A DNA stretch of 64,000 nucleotides from Bacteroidales bacterium (GTDB lineage: Bacteria > Bacteroidota > Bacteroidia > Bacteroidales > Tenuifilaceae), in assembly GCA_017524185.1 (NCBI GenBank), contig JAFWUG010000071.1, forward strand, positions 3,445 through 67,444, given 5' to 3'. Each line of letters starts with the position of its first letter. Positions within the stretch are counted from its first letter, which is position 1. Of the stretch, positions 27,676 through 37,674 are shown piece after piece. The position numbers were made by a program, and so were the translations under genes. Under the pieces are notes generated by a model. It searched no databases, was not told the DNA's origin, and was given only the letters and a program-made list of their open reading frames with translations.

Positions 27676-29046
27676 CTACCGCCAACTTTGCTTCATGCTG
27701 CCCAGCGCGTAGAGCGGGTATACATCAATGTGTCGGATAGGGCTGGAGTCGTCAGGGGCGGGCTGGGAATCGGTGTGGTCGTAGGACGCAAAATTTTCCA
27801 ACGACGTGCGAACCGCCGCGTGGAGATGCTTCGTCCGCATGAACAGGTACATGCTTTGCATGGCCCCCTGTGTGCTGGCCTTCACCTCGATGGGGAGGAT
27901 AACGCCTTTGCGCACCTCGAGGTAGTCTACCTCGGCATTGGCGTTCTTGCTGTGCCGATACCAATAGTACATCTCGGAGCGCTGAAAGCAGTCGCTGCTC
28001 TTCATCAACTCAAGACCGGCAAAAATCTCGGCCATAGCTCCCTTGTTCACCAGCTCTAGGTCCGTGGCCAACAAAACCTCGGTGCTGGGAATACTTTGCC
28101 AGGAGAGCAAAAGCCCCGTGTCGAGGAATAGGTACTTAACCCCACGGTCGCTCACCTGAGCACCAAGCGGCAAGCCATCGGCGAATGTGTGTTCAACCGG
28201 CACGATTAGTCCGGCCTGCGTGAGTTTGCGCAACGCCCGCTTCACCACAGCGCTCCGGATTTCGTCGTCGGCCTGATTGTAAACAAACTTGGTTCCGCCC
28301 TGGAGCGCAACGGCCCGCAGCACCTTGCGAAGCAGCTCGGGCGACATGCGCTCCTGGTATTTACCAAAATCGTCGAGGTAGGTTTCCATGATGTCGCTGT
28401 GCACGCGGGCGCAGGCCAGGTAATCGTGGGTTTCGACCCACGCCGACACGGCCTCGGGCATACCACCAACCAGCATAAAGCTGCGCACCTGCTCAATCAT
28501 CATCTGGTGCAGCACATCGTCGAGCGGCTGCTGTGGACTGGCACTGCGAATGGCATCGAGCTGCATATCAAGCCCTTGCGCTTTCAGAAACTCGTCGAAC
28601 GAGAACGGATACATATAGAGTGAACGGATGCGCCCCACCGCAAACGACGGGATTTCGGACAGGGCGAACTCCAGCAACGAGCCCGCCGCTACAACATGCA
28701 GCTCGGGGTAGTCCTCCTTGAAGTAGCGAAGCGACATGATGGCGGGGAGGCAACTCTGGATTTCGTCGATAAAGAGCAACGTTTTGCCTGGGATAATAGG
28801 GATGCCTACAGCAGAGCTGATTTTGCTGCACGTTTTCTTGACATCAATATCGGTAGTAAAAAAAGCCTGAAGACTCGCCTGCTTTTCGAGATTGATTTCA
28901 ACATAGTGCTTGAACGTTTTGCCCAGTTTGCGCACCGCCGACGATTTTCCCACCTGCCTAGCACCACGAATAAGGAGCGGTTTGTGATGGGGTGCGTCTC
29001 GCCACTCAAGGAGTTGCTCATCTACTCTTCTATTAAAATAGGCCAT
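27676..29046 (-). CDS. AAA+ ATPase of the AAA_14/DUF4143 family, paralog 2
   Basis: 456 aa. Walker A is GARQVGKSS and Walker B is LLFIDEIQ. Architecture matches 4105-5538. Confidence 0.85.
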   Translation of the reverse strand: MAYFNRRVDEQLLEWRDAPHHKPLLIRGARQVGKSSAVRKLGKTFKHYVEINLEKQASLQAFFTTDIDVKKTCSKISSAVGIPIIPGKTLLFIDEIQSCLPAIMSLRYFKEDYPELHVVAAGSLLEFALSEIPSFAVGRIRSLYMYPFSFDEFLKAQGLDMQLDAIRSASPQQPLDDVLHQMMIEQVRSFMLVGGMPEAVSAWVETHDYLACARVHSDIMETYLDDFGKYQERMSPELLRKVLRAVALQGGTKFVYNQADDEIRSAVVKRALRKLTQAGLIVPVEHTFADGLPLGAQVSDRGVKYLFLDTGLLLSWQSIPSTEVLLATDLELVNKGAMAEIFAGLELMKSSDCFQRSEMYYWYRHSKNANAEVDYLEVRKGVILPIEVKASTQGAMQSMYLFMRTKHLHAAVRTSLENFASYDHTDSQPAPDDSSPIRHIDVYPLYALGSMKQSWR

Positions 29047-29067
29047 AGCATGTCGGTTTTATGGCTG

Positions 29068-29075
29068 CAAAGGTA
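29068..29075 (-). promoter_or_regulatory. -7 box TACCTTTG for ATPase paralog 2
   Basis: TAnnTTTG on the minus strand, 22-29 nt upstream of ATG 29046. Confidence 0.45.
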
Positions 29076-29087
29076 GGATTTTTTGCA

Positions 29088-29306
29088 CAAATCCAACCCA
29101 AAAATCGGCAATAAAATGACAAAATACAACCCAAAAAACGACAATATCGTGCTAAAATCCAACCCAAAATTTCGCAACATCGTGCTAAAATCCAACCCAA
29201 AAATCGACATTGTTATGCTAAATTCCAATCCAAAAATCGACAACATCACGCCATAATCCAACCCAAAAACCGACAACATTGTGCTAAAATCCAACCCAAA
29301 ACTAAC
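29088..29306. repeat. 33-bp tandem array, 6.6 units (consensus AAAATCCAACCCAAAAATCGACAACATCGTGCT)
   Basis: The (T/A)CCAA anchor falls at 29093, 29126, 29159, 29192, 29225, 29258 and 29291, which are exact 33-bp steps. The last unit is truncated. Confidence 0.95.
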
Positions 29307-29349
29307 TCTGATGTACTTTATAGGTGCAAAACGACAAATTGCATGTCGA

Positions 29350-29411
29350 GTGTAAAGTTTGTGTAAAGCAAAGTGTAAAATCGCCTTTACAACTTTACAC
29401 TTTTTTTACAC
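29350..29411. promoter_or_regulatory. Candidate enhancer (UAS) block: three GTGTAAAG-type repeats facing three CTTTACAC-type repeats
   Basis: GTGTAAAG occurs at 29350 and 29361, and GTGTAAAA at 29373. CTTTACA occurs at 29385, CTTTACAC at 29393 and TTTTACAC at 29404. The dyad centre is near 29381. The block lies 47-108 nt upstream of the -24 element. Confidence 0.45.
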
Positions 29412-29457
29412 TTTATGTAAGACATAAACAACTATAACATAAGTACTTAAATAGTTT

Positions 29458-29473
29458 TGGCACGATTGATGCA
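29458..29473 (+). promoter_or_regulatory. Sigma-54-type -24/-12 promoter (TGGCACGATTGATGCA) of the efflux operon
   Basis: GG and GC fall at consensus spacing, with one mismatch (ATGC instead of TTGC). The -12 element lies 32 nt upstream of ATG 29504. Confidence 0.55.
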
Positions 29474-29503
29474 AGTGGGGCAAACAAAGATAAAACCAAC
29501 GCA

Positions 29504-30835
29504 ATGTTTTACAGAAACCTCATAGCAATAATAGCCGCCACAGTGCTCGCGCTGAACACCAAAGCTCAGCCGCTCACGCTCAAGCAGTGCATGGAATATG
29601 CCATGACCCACGCCACGCAGCTGCGCGTGAAGAACACCGAGGCCGACAACGCCCGCCGCGAACGCCGCAATGCCATTCTGTCGGCTTTCACACCCACGGT
29701 GAGCGCAAGCACTAGCGCTTACTATCAGTTTGGACGCAACATCGACCCGCAAACCAACACCTATTTCAACACCACGTCGTTCCACAACAACTATGGCGTT
29801 GATGCGGGAATCGACCTGTTCAACGGCTTTAGCGCGGTGAACAACATACGGATAGCCAAAACCACCATGCTCATGGCTCAGTCGGAGCAGGAGCAGGCCG
29901 AGGCCAATATCTGCTTAGCTGTGATGGAAGCCTACTACAACGTGCTGTACTACAGCACAATGCTCGGCATCTACGCCGAACAGGTGGCCAACGCCGAGGA
30001 GGCCCTGAAGCGGGCGCAGCGGCAGGAGGAACTGGGCCAGAAAGGTCGCGCCGACGTGCTACAGATGGAGGCCGACCTAGCCGACCGCCGTTTCGAACAG
30101 CTCAACATGCAGCACATACACACCAACCAGCTGATGGTGCTGTCGGACCTAATGCTGTGGCCGCTCGACGAGCCGCTGGCCATCGATACCACGCTACCCG
30201 CCGCTCCCCTCGCCCAACCCGCCAGCACCAACGGCGACGAGGTGGTGAGTTTCGCCATGGAGCATAACCCCAGCGTGAAACTGGCCTCGCTATCGGTGAG
30301 CAACGCCCAGCGCGAACTCTCAACCGCCCGCTGGCAACGGCTTCCGAAGTTAAGCCTCTACGCTGGCTGGGGTACCAACTACTTTAACTACGAGGGTACG
30401 CAAACAATGCCATTTGCCGAGCAGTTTAGCAACAACCGAGGCGAATATGTGCAGCTAGCGCTCTCAATTCCGATTTGGGGGCGCATGCAGCGGCAATCGA
30501 ACGTGGCTCGCAAACGCAACGCCCTAACGGTGGCCAACGCCGAGCTGGACCAAAAGCGCCGCGACGTGGAGAGCGAAGTGCGTCGCGCCATGCACGACCG
30601 CGACGATGCCGCCCTGGCCCTACAGCAGGCTCAGCGCAGAGCCGAGGTGCAGAACCAGACCTACGCGCTCAACCTGAAACGGCTTCAGCAGGGGCTAATA
30701 TCGCCCATCGAGTTTCAAACGGCCAGCAACAGCTATCTAAAGGCGCAGGCCGATGCCACCAGCGCCCTGTTCAAGCTGCTAATAAAGCACGCCGTGGTGC
30801 GCTACTACGGCGGCGAGGAATACATCAACCAGTAG
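29504..30835 (+). CDS. TolC-family outer membrane efflux protein
   Basis: 443 aa with a signal peptide and two coiled-coil/beta-barrel repeats typical of the OEP family. Confidence 0.85.
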   Translation: MFYRNLIAIIAATVLALNTKAQPLTLKQCMEYAMTHATQLRVKNTEADNARRERRNAILSAFTPTVSASTSAYYQFGRNIDPQTNTYFNTTSFHNNYGVDAGIDLFNGFSAVNNIRIAKTTMLMAQSEQEQAEANICLAVMEAYYNVLYYSTMLGIYAEQVANAEEALKRAQRQEELGQKGRADVLQMEADLADRRFEQLNMQHIHTNQLMVLSDLMLWPLDEPLAIDTTLPAAPLAQPASTNGDEVVSFAMEHNPSVKLASLSVSNAQRELSTARWQRLPKLSLYAGWGTNYFNYEGTQTMPFAEQFSNNRGEYVQLALSIPIWGRMQRQSNVARKRNALTVANAELDQKRRDVESEVRRAMHDRDDAALALQQAQRRAEVQNQTYALNLKRLQQGLISPIEFQTASNSYLKAQADATSALFKLLIKHAVVRYYGGEEYINQ

Positions 30836-30853
30836 AAAAACAACTCATTCATC

Positions 30854-32113
30854 ATGGACCGCATAATAGAGAAAAAAACAGGCTGGCGAACCGCCTTTAC
30901 CAAGAAAGCTCTACCCTACTGGGGCGGAGCAGCCCTCGCAGTATTCATCGGCTGGCTGGTGCTACGCGACAATTCGAGCGTGCTCAACGTGGATGCCAGC
31001 ACCCTGACAGTGGCCAACGCGCAGCGCGGCGAGTTCAACGACTACATACGCATCAGCGGGCAGGTGATGCCGATGGTTACCATCCAAATTAGCCCCATAG
31101 AGGGCGGCGTGGTGCAGGAGATAATGGTGGAGGAGGGTGCGCAGGTGCGCAAGGGCGACGAGCTGCTGCGCCTGTCGAACGACAACCTCGACCTCCAAAT
31201 TCTCAACTCCGAGGCCGAGCTGGCCGAGAAGGAGAACCTGCTGCGCAACACGCAGATACAGATGGAGCAGGACCGCCTACAGGTGAAGCAGAGCCGCGCC
31301 CAGCTGCAGGTGGAGGTGCGCCGCCTCGAGCGCACCTACAAGCAGCAGCAATCGCTCTACGACGAGCAGCTGATAGCCCGCGAGGACTACCTCCGCGCCA
31401 AGGAGGACTACGACCTAGCCATGGAAAAGCTCGCTCTGGTGCGCGAGAAAGAGATACAGGACAGCCTATACCGCCGCGCTCAGGTGGAGCGTATGCGCGA
31501 AAGCCTCGACAACATGCAGCTCAACATGGCCATGATTCGCCGCCGCAAGGACAACCTCACCATAAAAGCCCCAATAGACGGGCAGCTGGGGCTGCTCGAT
31601 GCCGTGCTGGGCGAGAGCATTGCCGCAGGCACCAAGATTGGCCAGATTAGCAACATGGAGAACTATAAAATTGAGGCTCAGATAGATGAACACTACATAG
31701 ACAAGGTGCAGCCCGGTCTCATGGCCTCCATTGAGCGGCAGGGCAACGCCTTTGAGGCGCAGCTGCGCAAGGTATACCCCGAGGTGCGCTCGGGCAAGTT
31801 CAAGGCCGACTTCAAGCTCATGGGCGAACGCCCCGATAACATCCGCAACGGCCAAACCTACCACCTCAACCTACAGCTGGGGCAGCCCGAGGAGGCCATA
31901 ATCATACAACGCGGCAGCTTCTACCAAAATACGGGCGGACGCTGGATCTACGTACTTGAGGCCGATGGCCAACGCGCCGTGAAGCGCGAAATACGCATAG
32001 GCCGCCAGAACCCGCAGCACTACGAGGTAATCGAGGGGATACAGCCCGGCGAGCGGGTGATAGTGTCGAGCTACGACAACTTTGGCGATAACGATGTATT
32101 GGTACTGAAATAA
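30854..32113 (+). CDS. Efflux periplasmic adaptor (HlyD/MacA-type membrane fusion protein)
   Basis: 419 aa with an N-terminal TM segment, a long coiled-coil segment and a beta-barrel C-terminus. Confidence 0.85.
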   Translation: MDRIIEKKTGWRTAFTKKALPYWGGAALAVFIGWLVLRDNSSVLNVDASTLTVANAQRGEFNDYIRISGQVMPMVTIQISPIEGGVVQEIMVEEGAQVRKGDELLRLSNDNLDLQILNSEAELAEKENLLRNTQIQMEQDRLQVKQSRAQLQVEVRRLERTYKQQQSLYDEQLIAREDYLRAKEDYDLAMEKLALVREKEIQDSLYRRAQVERMRESLDNMQLNMAMIRRRKDNLTIKAPIDGQLGLLDAVLGESIAAGTKIGQISNMENYKIEAQIDEHYIDKVQPGLMASIERQGNAFEAQLRKVYPEVRSGKFKADFKLMGERPDNIRNGQTYHLNLQLGQPEEAIIIQRGSFYQNTGGRWIYVLEADGQRAVKREIRIGRQNPQHYEVIEGIQPGERVIVSSYDNFGDNDVLVLK

Positions 32114-32123
32114 ACATAATACA

Positions 32124-34472
32124 ATGATACTCAAAAACTTATCTACACTAATCAGGCGTTACCCCGCAACGGTACTGCTCAACTTTGTGGGCTTGGTAGC
32201 AGCCTATGCAGCGTTCTCGCTCATATTCCTACAGGCCGACTACGAGCTATCGTTCGACCGCTGCCACCCCACAGCGCAGCGCGTGTTCCGCGCCGACAAA
32301 CAGGCCGACGAATCGCTGTTCCGCAACATCCTGCCACGTGGCTTCGCCGACGACATCATAGCCGCATCGGCCAGCATTGAGGCGGGCTGCACCGTGATGC
32401 CATTCTACGGCGAAACCTACTGCTCGGCCAGCAGCAGCGAGCAGGGCAGCCCAGTGGGCTTTAAGCGGACGCTGATATACGCCTCGGAGCGTTTCATCGA
32501 TGTGTTTGGCCTGCAGATGGTTGAGGGCGACAGCCACGCGCTGGATCAGTTTGGCAATGCGATTATACCCCGCTCGCTGGCCGAGATGCTTTTCCACAAC
32601 GAACCCGCAAAGGGCAAGCTGCTAAAACTCGACAAGAAAGACGCAGGACAGAACGACGAGGTAACCATCGCGGGCGTTTACGAGGATTTTCCGTCGAACA
32701 CACAATTGGGCAACGACATCTACTGCGCTCAGGGCGACTTAGCCAAAGGCACATACGGCGCAGCCAACTACGTATGCTACGTGCTGCTACGCGATGCCAA
32801 CAACGCGCAGGCGGTGGCCGACGAATTCAACGGACGCTTCGACTTCAAGCCCTACGAGGGCTGGCTCAGTCCCATTGAGCTGGTGCCGCTCACCGAGATT
32901 TACTTCCGCAACGAGGGCAACATCTACAAGAGCGGCAGCCGCTCGCAGCTGTGGCTGCTCATTGCCATTGCCATACTCACGCTGGCCATTGGGCTAATCA
33001 ACTTCACCAATTTCTACGTGGCCCTAACCCCGCTGCGCATCCGCAACATCAACCTACAGAAAATCTTAGGCTCATCGACCATGCGCTTGCGCCTGCTGGT
33101 GGTGGCCGAAGCCGTGGCTTGGTGCCTATGCGCCTTTGCGCTGGCCGCCCTGCTGCTAAAACCCGCCTCGCAGAGCCTACAGGCGCACAACGTGCTGATG
33201 CAAACCTTTGCGCTGAGCAAGCAATGGACGCTGCTGCTGCTGATTGGCGCAGCCGCGATTGGCACGGGCTTCATTGCGGGCATTTGGCCGAGCATCTACT
33301 CAACCCAAGGCCAGCCAGCCCTTATCCTGCGGGGCAAATTCGGCCTGTCGGCCTCTGGACGCAAGCTCCGCTCCGTTTTGGTGAGCATACAGTTCGTAAT
33401 CTCCACAGCGCTGCTCATATTTGTGCTGTTTGTGCAGAAACAGAGCCAATTCATGCAGGAATACCCCTGCGGCTACGACAAGAACAACCTGGCCGTGGTG
33501 CAAATTGGCGGCGACAACAGCCGCACCAACTCCAATCGGCTGCGCGAAGAACTGAGGCAACTGCATGAAGTTGAAGATGTTGCCTTTGCCATGGAACTCA
33601 TTGGCGGTGCCGACTCCTACTCCACCAACGGTGCCACCTTCGACGATAAGCAGGTGTATATCAACATGATGTACTGCACCTACAACCTGCCGCAGGTGCT
33701 TGGTTTGCAAGTGATTGAGGGACGAGCATTCACCGAAACCGACCTTGGTTCATTGCTGTTCACCCATAACCTAAAAGACTACGGCGCCGAGCTCAAAGCA
33801 TACCCCGAAAAATTTGGCACTCTAGCACCCGCTATTGGATTTGTTAACAATCTGAATATTACATCTTTACGCAAAGCAAGTACGCCAGTAGCATTCCTGC
33901 TTACACCCACGCAGCAACAATGGGTACTGCCCTACGCCTACATACGCCTAAACGAGGGCGCAAACCGTCTAGAAGCTCTGGAGAAAATACAGCGCACGCT
34001 GAGAAACATCGACCCCACATCGCCCTTTGAGGTACTATTCTACGATGCCATAGGCAAGAACCTATACAGCGGCGAGGAGCGGCTACGCCTTGCCGTATGG
34101 CTATTCTCGATGTTGGCCATGCTGCTCTCAATGATGGGCGTTTGGGGACAGGTGCTAATGGATGTGCAGTATAAAAAGACCGAAATAGCCCTGAAACGCG
34201 TGTTTGGAGCCAACACTGAGCAAATCAGGCGCGAGGGGCTGAAATACTACCTGCTCAAGCTGTTCATAAGCTTTGTGGTGGCCATACCGCTGGGCTGGTT
34301 CGTTGCCAACATCTATCTGCAACGCTTTGCCGAGCGCGTGAGTGGTTACTACATCTGCACAGCCGCCATCGTTGCCATGCTCACCGTGGCCATCATCTGC
34401 GCATTGGTGGTGCACATACAGTATATGCACACAACCAAGGCCGACCCCGCAAAAACACTGAAGACAGAATAA
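32124..34472 (+). CDS. ABC transporter permease, FtsX/MacB-type (two FtsX modules)
   Basis: 782 aa. It has an N-terminal TM segment, a large periplasmic domain and 4-TM FtsX blocks, repeated. Confidence 0.85.
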   Translation: MILKNLSTLIRRYPATVLLNFVGLVAAYAAFSLIFLQADYELSFDRCHPTAQRVFRADKQADESLFRNILPRGFADDIIAASASIEAGCTVMPFYGETYCSASSSEQGSPVGFKRTLIYASERFIDVFGLQMVEGDSHALDQFGNAIIPRSLAEMLFHNEPAKGKLLKLDKKDAGQNDEVTIAGVYEDFPSNTQLGNDIYCAQGDLAKGTYGAANYVCYVLLRDANNAQAVADEFNGRFDFKPYEGWLSPIELVPLTEIYFRNEGNIYKSGSRSQLWLLIAIAILTLAIGLINFTNFYVALTPLRIRNINLQKILGSSTMRLRLLVVAEAVAWCLCAFALAALLLKPASQSLQAHNVLMQTFALSKQWTLLLLIGAAAIGTGFIAGIWPSIYSTQGQPALILRGKFGLSASGRKLRSVLVSIQFVISTALLIFVLFVQKQSQFMQEYPCGYDKNNLAVVQIGGDNSRTNSNRLREELRQLHEVEDVAFAMELIGGADSYSTNGATFDDKQVYINMMYCTYNLPQVLGLQVIEGRAFTETDLGSLLFTHNLKDYGAELKAYPEKFGTLAPAIGFVNNLNITSLRKASTPVAFLLTPTQQQWVLPYAYIRLNEGANRLEALEKIQRTLRNIDPTSPFEVLFYDAIGKNLYSGEERLRLAVWLFSMLAMLLSMMGVWGQVLMDVQYKKTEIALKRVFGANTEQIRREGLKYYLLKLFISFVVAIPLGWFVANIYLQRFAERVSGYYICTAAIVAMLTVAIICALVVHIQYMHTTKADPAKTLKTE

Positions 34473-34492
34473 ATTCGTAACAAATATCACAC

Positions 34493-36826
34493 ATGAACAG
34501 TTTTTGGAATTTTCTGAAGAAGAACAAGCTCTACGCAGCCATAAACCTGGTGGGGCTAACGGTTTCGATGGCGTTTGTGCTGCTGCTGGCCACCTACGTG
34601 CAGCGGCAGCTAAGCACCGATGCGTTTCAGCAAAACGCCGACCGCATTTTTGTAATCGCGACCGAGAATAACGTGTTATCGGGCTATTGGCTCGACAAGC
34701 ACCTGAAAAACAATTTCCCCGAAATTGAAAAGGGCTGCTGCGTGGCCGCCCTGGCCGACCTCTCGTCGAAGCAGGCATTCGAAATCGACGAGCAGACGGT
34801 TCACGCCACCACATCGGCTGCCGACAGCACGTTTTTCGACATATTCAGCTACAAGCTGATTGCAGGCGATAGGGCCGAATGGGCTGTTGCCCCCGACCGC
34901 TGCATGGTGAGCGAGGCCTTCGCCCTTACCCATTTCGCCGAAAAAGACCCCATTGGCAAGGTTATTTATTTGGGAGGCAACAAGGAACTCCCGTTTACAA
35001 TTTGCGGCGTTTACAAAGACTTCGGCAACTCTATCATAAAATGTCCCGACGTGCTGCTACGCGGCGATGTTATGCCCAAATACAATCCCTATCACAATGA
35101 ATACATGTCGAATGCCGGCGGTGGAATATGCTTTGTGATGGTCCACAAGGGCATCGACCTACAGGCCAAACACGACAACCTGCTCGGCTGGATGAAGGAG
35201 AACTATTGGATTTATAGGGGCGGCGTGGAAAAACTTCGCATCATCCCGCTAAAGGACATGTACTTCTTGGAGGACGGGCGCACCGACTATACAGGCACGG
35301 TGCTCTTCGGCAACAAGAATTTTGTGAAGCTGCTGCTGGCCATGTGCCTGCTGCTGCTGGCCTTTGCGGTGCTCAACTACATCAACATGACCACCGCCCT
35401 GACGGGCTTCCGCGCCACGGAGATGGCCACCCGCCGCCTGGTGGGTGCCGACAAGCGTAGCATTGTAGCCAAAATTATTGCCGAGAGCACCACTGTCTGC
35501 GCCATATCGATGCTACTGGCCGTAGTGCTGGCCGAAGCAATTGCGCCATTGGCCTCGCGGATGTTAGACTACCCCGTGTCCATCGTCAGCGCCATATCAC
35601 CCCTGAGCATACTGCTGGTGCTGGTGCAAATAGCAGTGCTGGGGGTGGTTGCTGGCATTGTGCCCGCCTACCTGATACAGCAAACAAAGCCCATCGACAT
35701 TGTGCGCGGCACGCTACGCCGCAAAACCAAAACGGTCTATAGCAAAGTGAGCATAGTGGTGCAGGCCATGGTGGCCGTGGTGATGCTGGTGAGCGCAATC
35801 GCCATGAACCTGCAAATTCAGCACATGCTCACCGCCGATTTGGGCTACAACACCAAGGATATACTCGAGGTGAACAACAACTTCGGGTATGCTGGCCAAC
35901 TCCAGCCGCTGCTCGACCGACTGAAAACCATACCATGCGTAGAAAATATTGGCCTTGGCAATGGCTCTCCCATCGGAACAACAAACAACGCTACGATTCC
36001 GATGCCCAACAATCAACAGCTGTCGTTTCAGCAAATCACTGGCGACGACAGGTATTTCCAAATTTTGGGATTGCGCATAAAACAGGACAACCACCTACAA
36101 GACAACCCCTACTGGCTCAACGAATATGCCTTCAAGCAGCTCGGCATCGACGAAACAGCCCTGGAGTTTGTTGCAGAACATAAAGCTTGGCCTATAGGCG
36201 GAATATACTACGACTTTAAAATTCGCCCCCTTGAAGCCGACCAAAGTGCCGCGCTAATCACTAATTACGGCGAATTCCCCGAAAATGGTTTCCCTTGGAA
36301 CATTTTTGTAAAAACCACTGGCGACCAAGGCACTGCCCGCAAGCAGGTAGAAGCCGCCTGCAAGGAGATATTCCCCGACGACCTTTTCGAGGCCAAATAC
36401 ATTGAGGAAATCATCGCCGATGGCTTTAGCACCGAATCGCGCCTGCTCAAAATTGTGCTAATCTTCACGCTGCTTTCCATGATAGTGGCCGCCTTAGGGC
36501 TATTCGCCATGAGCGCCTACTACATGCGGCAGGAAATACGCACCGTGTCGGTGAAAAAGGTGTTCGGAGCCGAGGTTTCGGGCGTGCTCAGCGAGCTGGT
36601 GCTGGCTTTCATGAAAATGGTGGGCATCGCCTTTGTAATCGCCGTGCCAGTGGCCTACTACATCATGAAAAGTTGGCTCTCCAACTACAGCCATCGCATC
36701 AACCTGCACTGGTGGATATTTGCGCTGGCAGGGCTAACCGTGGCCGCCATTGCAGCCATATCGGTGCTATACCAGAGCATACGCACCGCCCGCACAAACC
36801 CCGCTCTGGCCCTGAAGAAAGAATAA
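34493..36826 (+). CDS. ABC transporter permease, FtsX/MacB-type
   Basis: 777 aa with the same architecture. The C-terminus NPALALKKE is typical of the family. Confidence 0.85.
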   Translation: MNSFWNFLKKNKLYAAINLVGLTVSMAFVLLLATYVQRQLSTDAFQQNADRIFVIATENNVLSGYWLDKHLKNNFPEIEKGCCVAALADLSSKQAFEIDEQTVHATTSAADSTFFDIFSYKLIAGDRAEWAVAPDRCMVSEAFALTHFAEKDPIGKVIYLGGNKELPFTICGVYKDFGNSIIKCPDVLLRGDVMPKYNPYHNEYMSNAGGGICFVMVHKGIDLQAKHDNLLGWMKENYWIYRGGVEKLRIIPLKDMYFLEDGRTDYTGTVLFGNKNFVKLLLAMCLLLLAFAVLNYINMTTALTGFRATEMATRRLVGADKRSIVAKIIAESTTVCAISMLLAVVLAEAIAPLASRMLDYPVSIVSAISPLSILLVLVQIAVLGVVAGIVPAYLIQQTKPIDIVRGTLRRKTKTVYSKVSIVVQAMVAVVMLVSAIAMNLQIQHMLTADLGYNTKDILEVNNNFGYAGQLQPLLDRLKTIPCVENIGLGNGSPIGTTNNATIPMPNNQQLSFQQITGDDRYFQILGLRIKQDNHLQDNPYWLNEYAFKQLGIDETALEFVAEHKAWPIGGIYYDFKIRPLEADQSAALITNYGEFPENGFPWNIFVKTTGDQGTARKQVEAACKEIFPDDLFEAKYIEEIIADGFSTESRLLKIVLIFTLLSMIVAALGLFAMSAYYMRQEIRTVSVKKVFGAEVSGVLSELVLAFMKMVGIAFVIAVPVAYYIMKSWLSNYSHRINLHWWIFALAGLTVAAIAAISVLYQSIRTARTNPALALKKE

Positions 36827-36856
36827 CAACGTTAAACAATTAATACACAACTGATT

Positions 36857-37537
36857 ATGATTACAGTAAACAACCTTTCGCGAATCTTCCGGACGGAAGA
36901 AATTGAGACCACCGCCATCAACGGCGTATCGTTCGAAATCAACGACGGCGAATTTGTGGCCATCATGGGTCCTTCGGGCTGCGGCAAATCCACGCTGCTC
37001 AACGTGCTTGGCCTGCTCGACAGCCCCACCGGCGGCAGCTACATGCTGCTCGGCACCGAGGTGGCTGGCCTAAAGGAGAAAGACCGCACCAAGTTCCGCA
37101 AGGGCAACATCGGCTTTGTGTTCCAAAGCTTCAACCTAATCGACGAGCTCAATGTTTACGAGGACATCGAGCTGCCGCTGCGCTACCTCAACATGGGTGC
37201 CAAGGAGCGCAAGGAGCGCGTAACCAACATCATGAAACGCATGGCCATCAGCCACCGTGCGCAGCACTTCCCGGCGCAGCTCTCGGGCGGTCAGCAGCAG
37301 CGCGTGGCCATTGCCCGCGCCGTGGTGGCCAATCCCAAGCTAATCCTTGCCGACGAGCCAACGGGTAACCTCGACTCCAAAAACGGCAAGGAGGTGATGA
37401 ACCTGCTGCGCGAGCTCAACGCCGAGGGCACCACCATTGTGATGGTTACTCACTCGCAGAAGGATGCCGCCATGGCCCAGCGCATCATCAATCTGTTCGA
37501 TGGGCAGATTGTATCGGATGTTAAGAAAGAATTGTAA
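36857..37537 (+). CDS. ABC transporter ATP-binding protein (MacB/LolD-like)
   Basis: Walker A is GPSGCGKST, the signature is LSGGQQQRV and Walker B is LILADEPT. Confidence 0.9.
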   Translation: MITVNNLSRIFRTEEIETTAINGVSFEINDGEFVAIMGPSGCGKSTLLNVLGLLDSPTGGSYMLLGTEVAGLKEKDRTKFRKGNIGFVFQSFNLIDELNVYEDIELPLRYLNMGAKERKERVTNIMKRMAISHRAQHFPAQLSGGQQQRVAIARAVVANPKLILADEPTGNLDSKNGKEVMNLLRELNAEGTTIVMVTHSQKDAAMAQRIINLFDGQIVSDVKKEL

Positions 37538-37617
37538 TATTTATTACATTATTCAATTAATACCCTATAAAAGTAGGAACTATAGGAGTTATTGGTTTTA
37601 GTTTGTTTTGTTTCGTT

Positions 37618-37674
37618 CCTCGCAGCGGCGCTAACTGGGGGCTTCTCCCCCACGCCCTGCGAGGTTACGGAGCA
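37618..37674. other. Nested GC-rich hairpin in the 354-nt gap inside the efflux cluster
   Basis: CCTCGCAG (37618-37625) pairs with CTGCGAGG (37667-37674). This stem encloses GGGGG-CTTCT-CCCCC. Confidence 0.5.

Noticed and set aside
29022-29294. 90-aa ORF encoding an 11-residue repeat peptide (FGLDFSTML...) on the minus strand
   Set aside because: It is an artefact of the 33-bp periodicity. It is in a different frame from the ATPase and overlaps its start and promoter, and it has no independent start context.
29088-29306. CRISPR-array interpretation of the 33-bp repeats (also 5608-5793)
   Set aside because: The units are directly abutting with no unique spacers. The period is 33 bp rather than about 60-72 bp. 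The units are degenerate and AT-rich, and no cas genes are nearby. These are plain tandem repeats.
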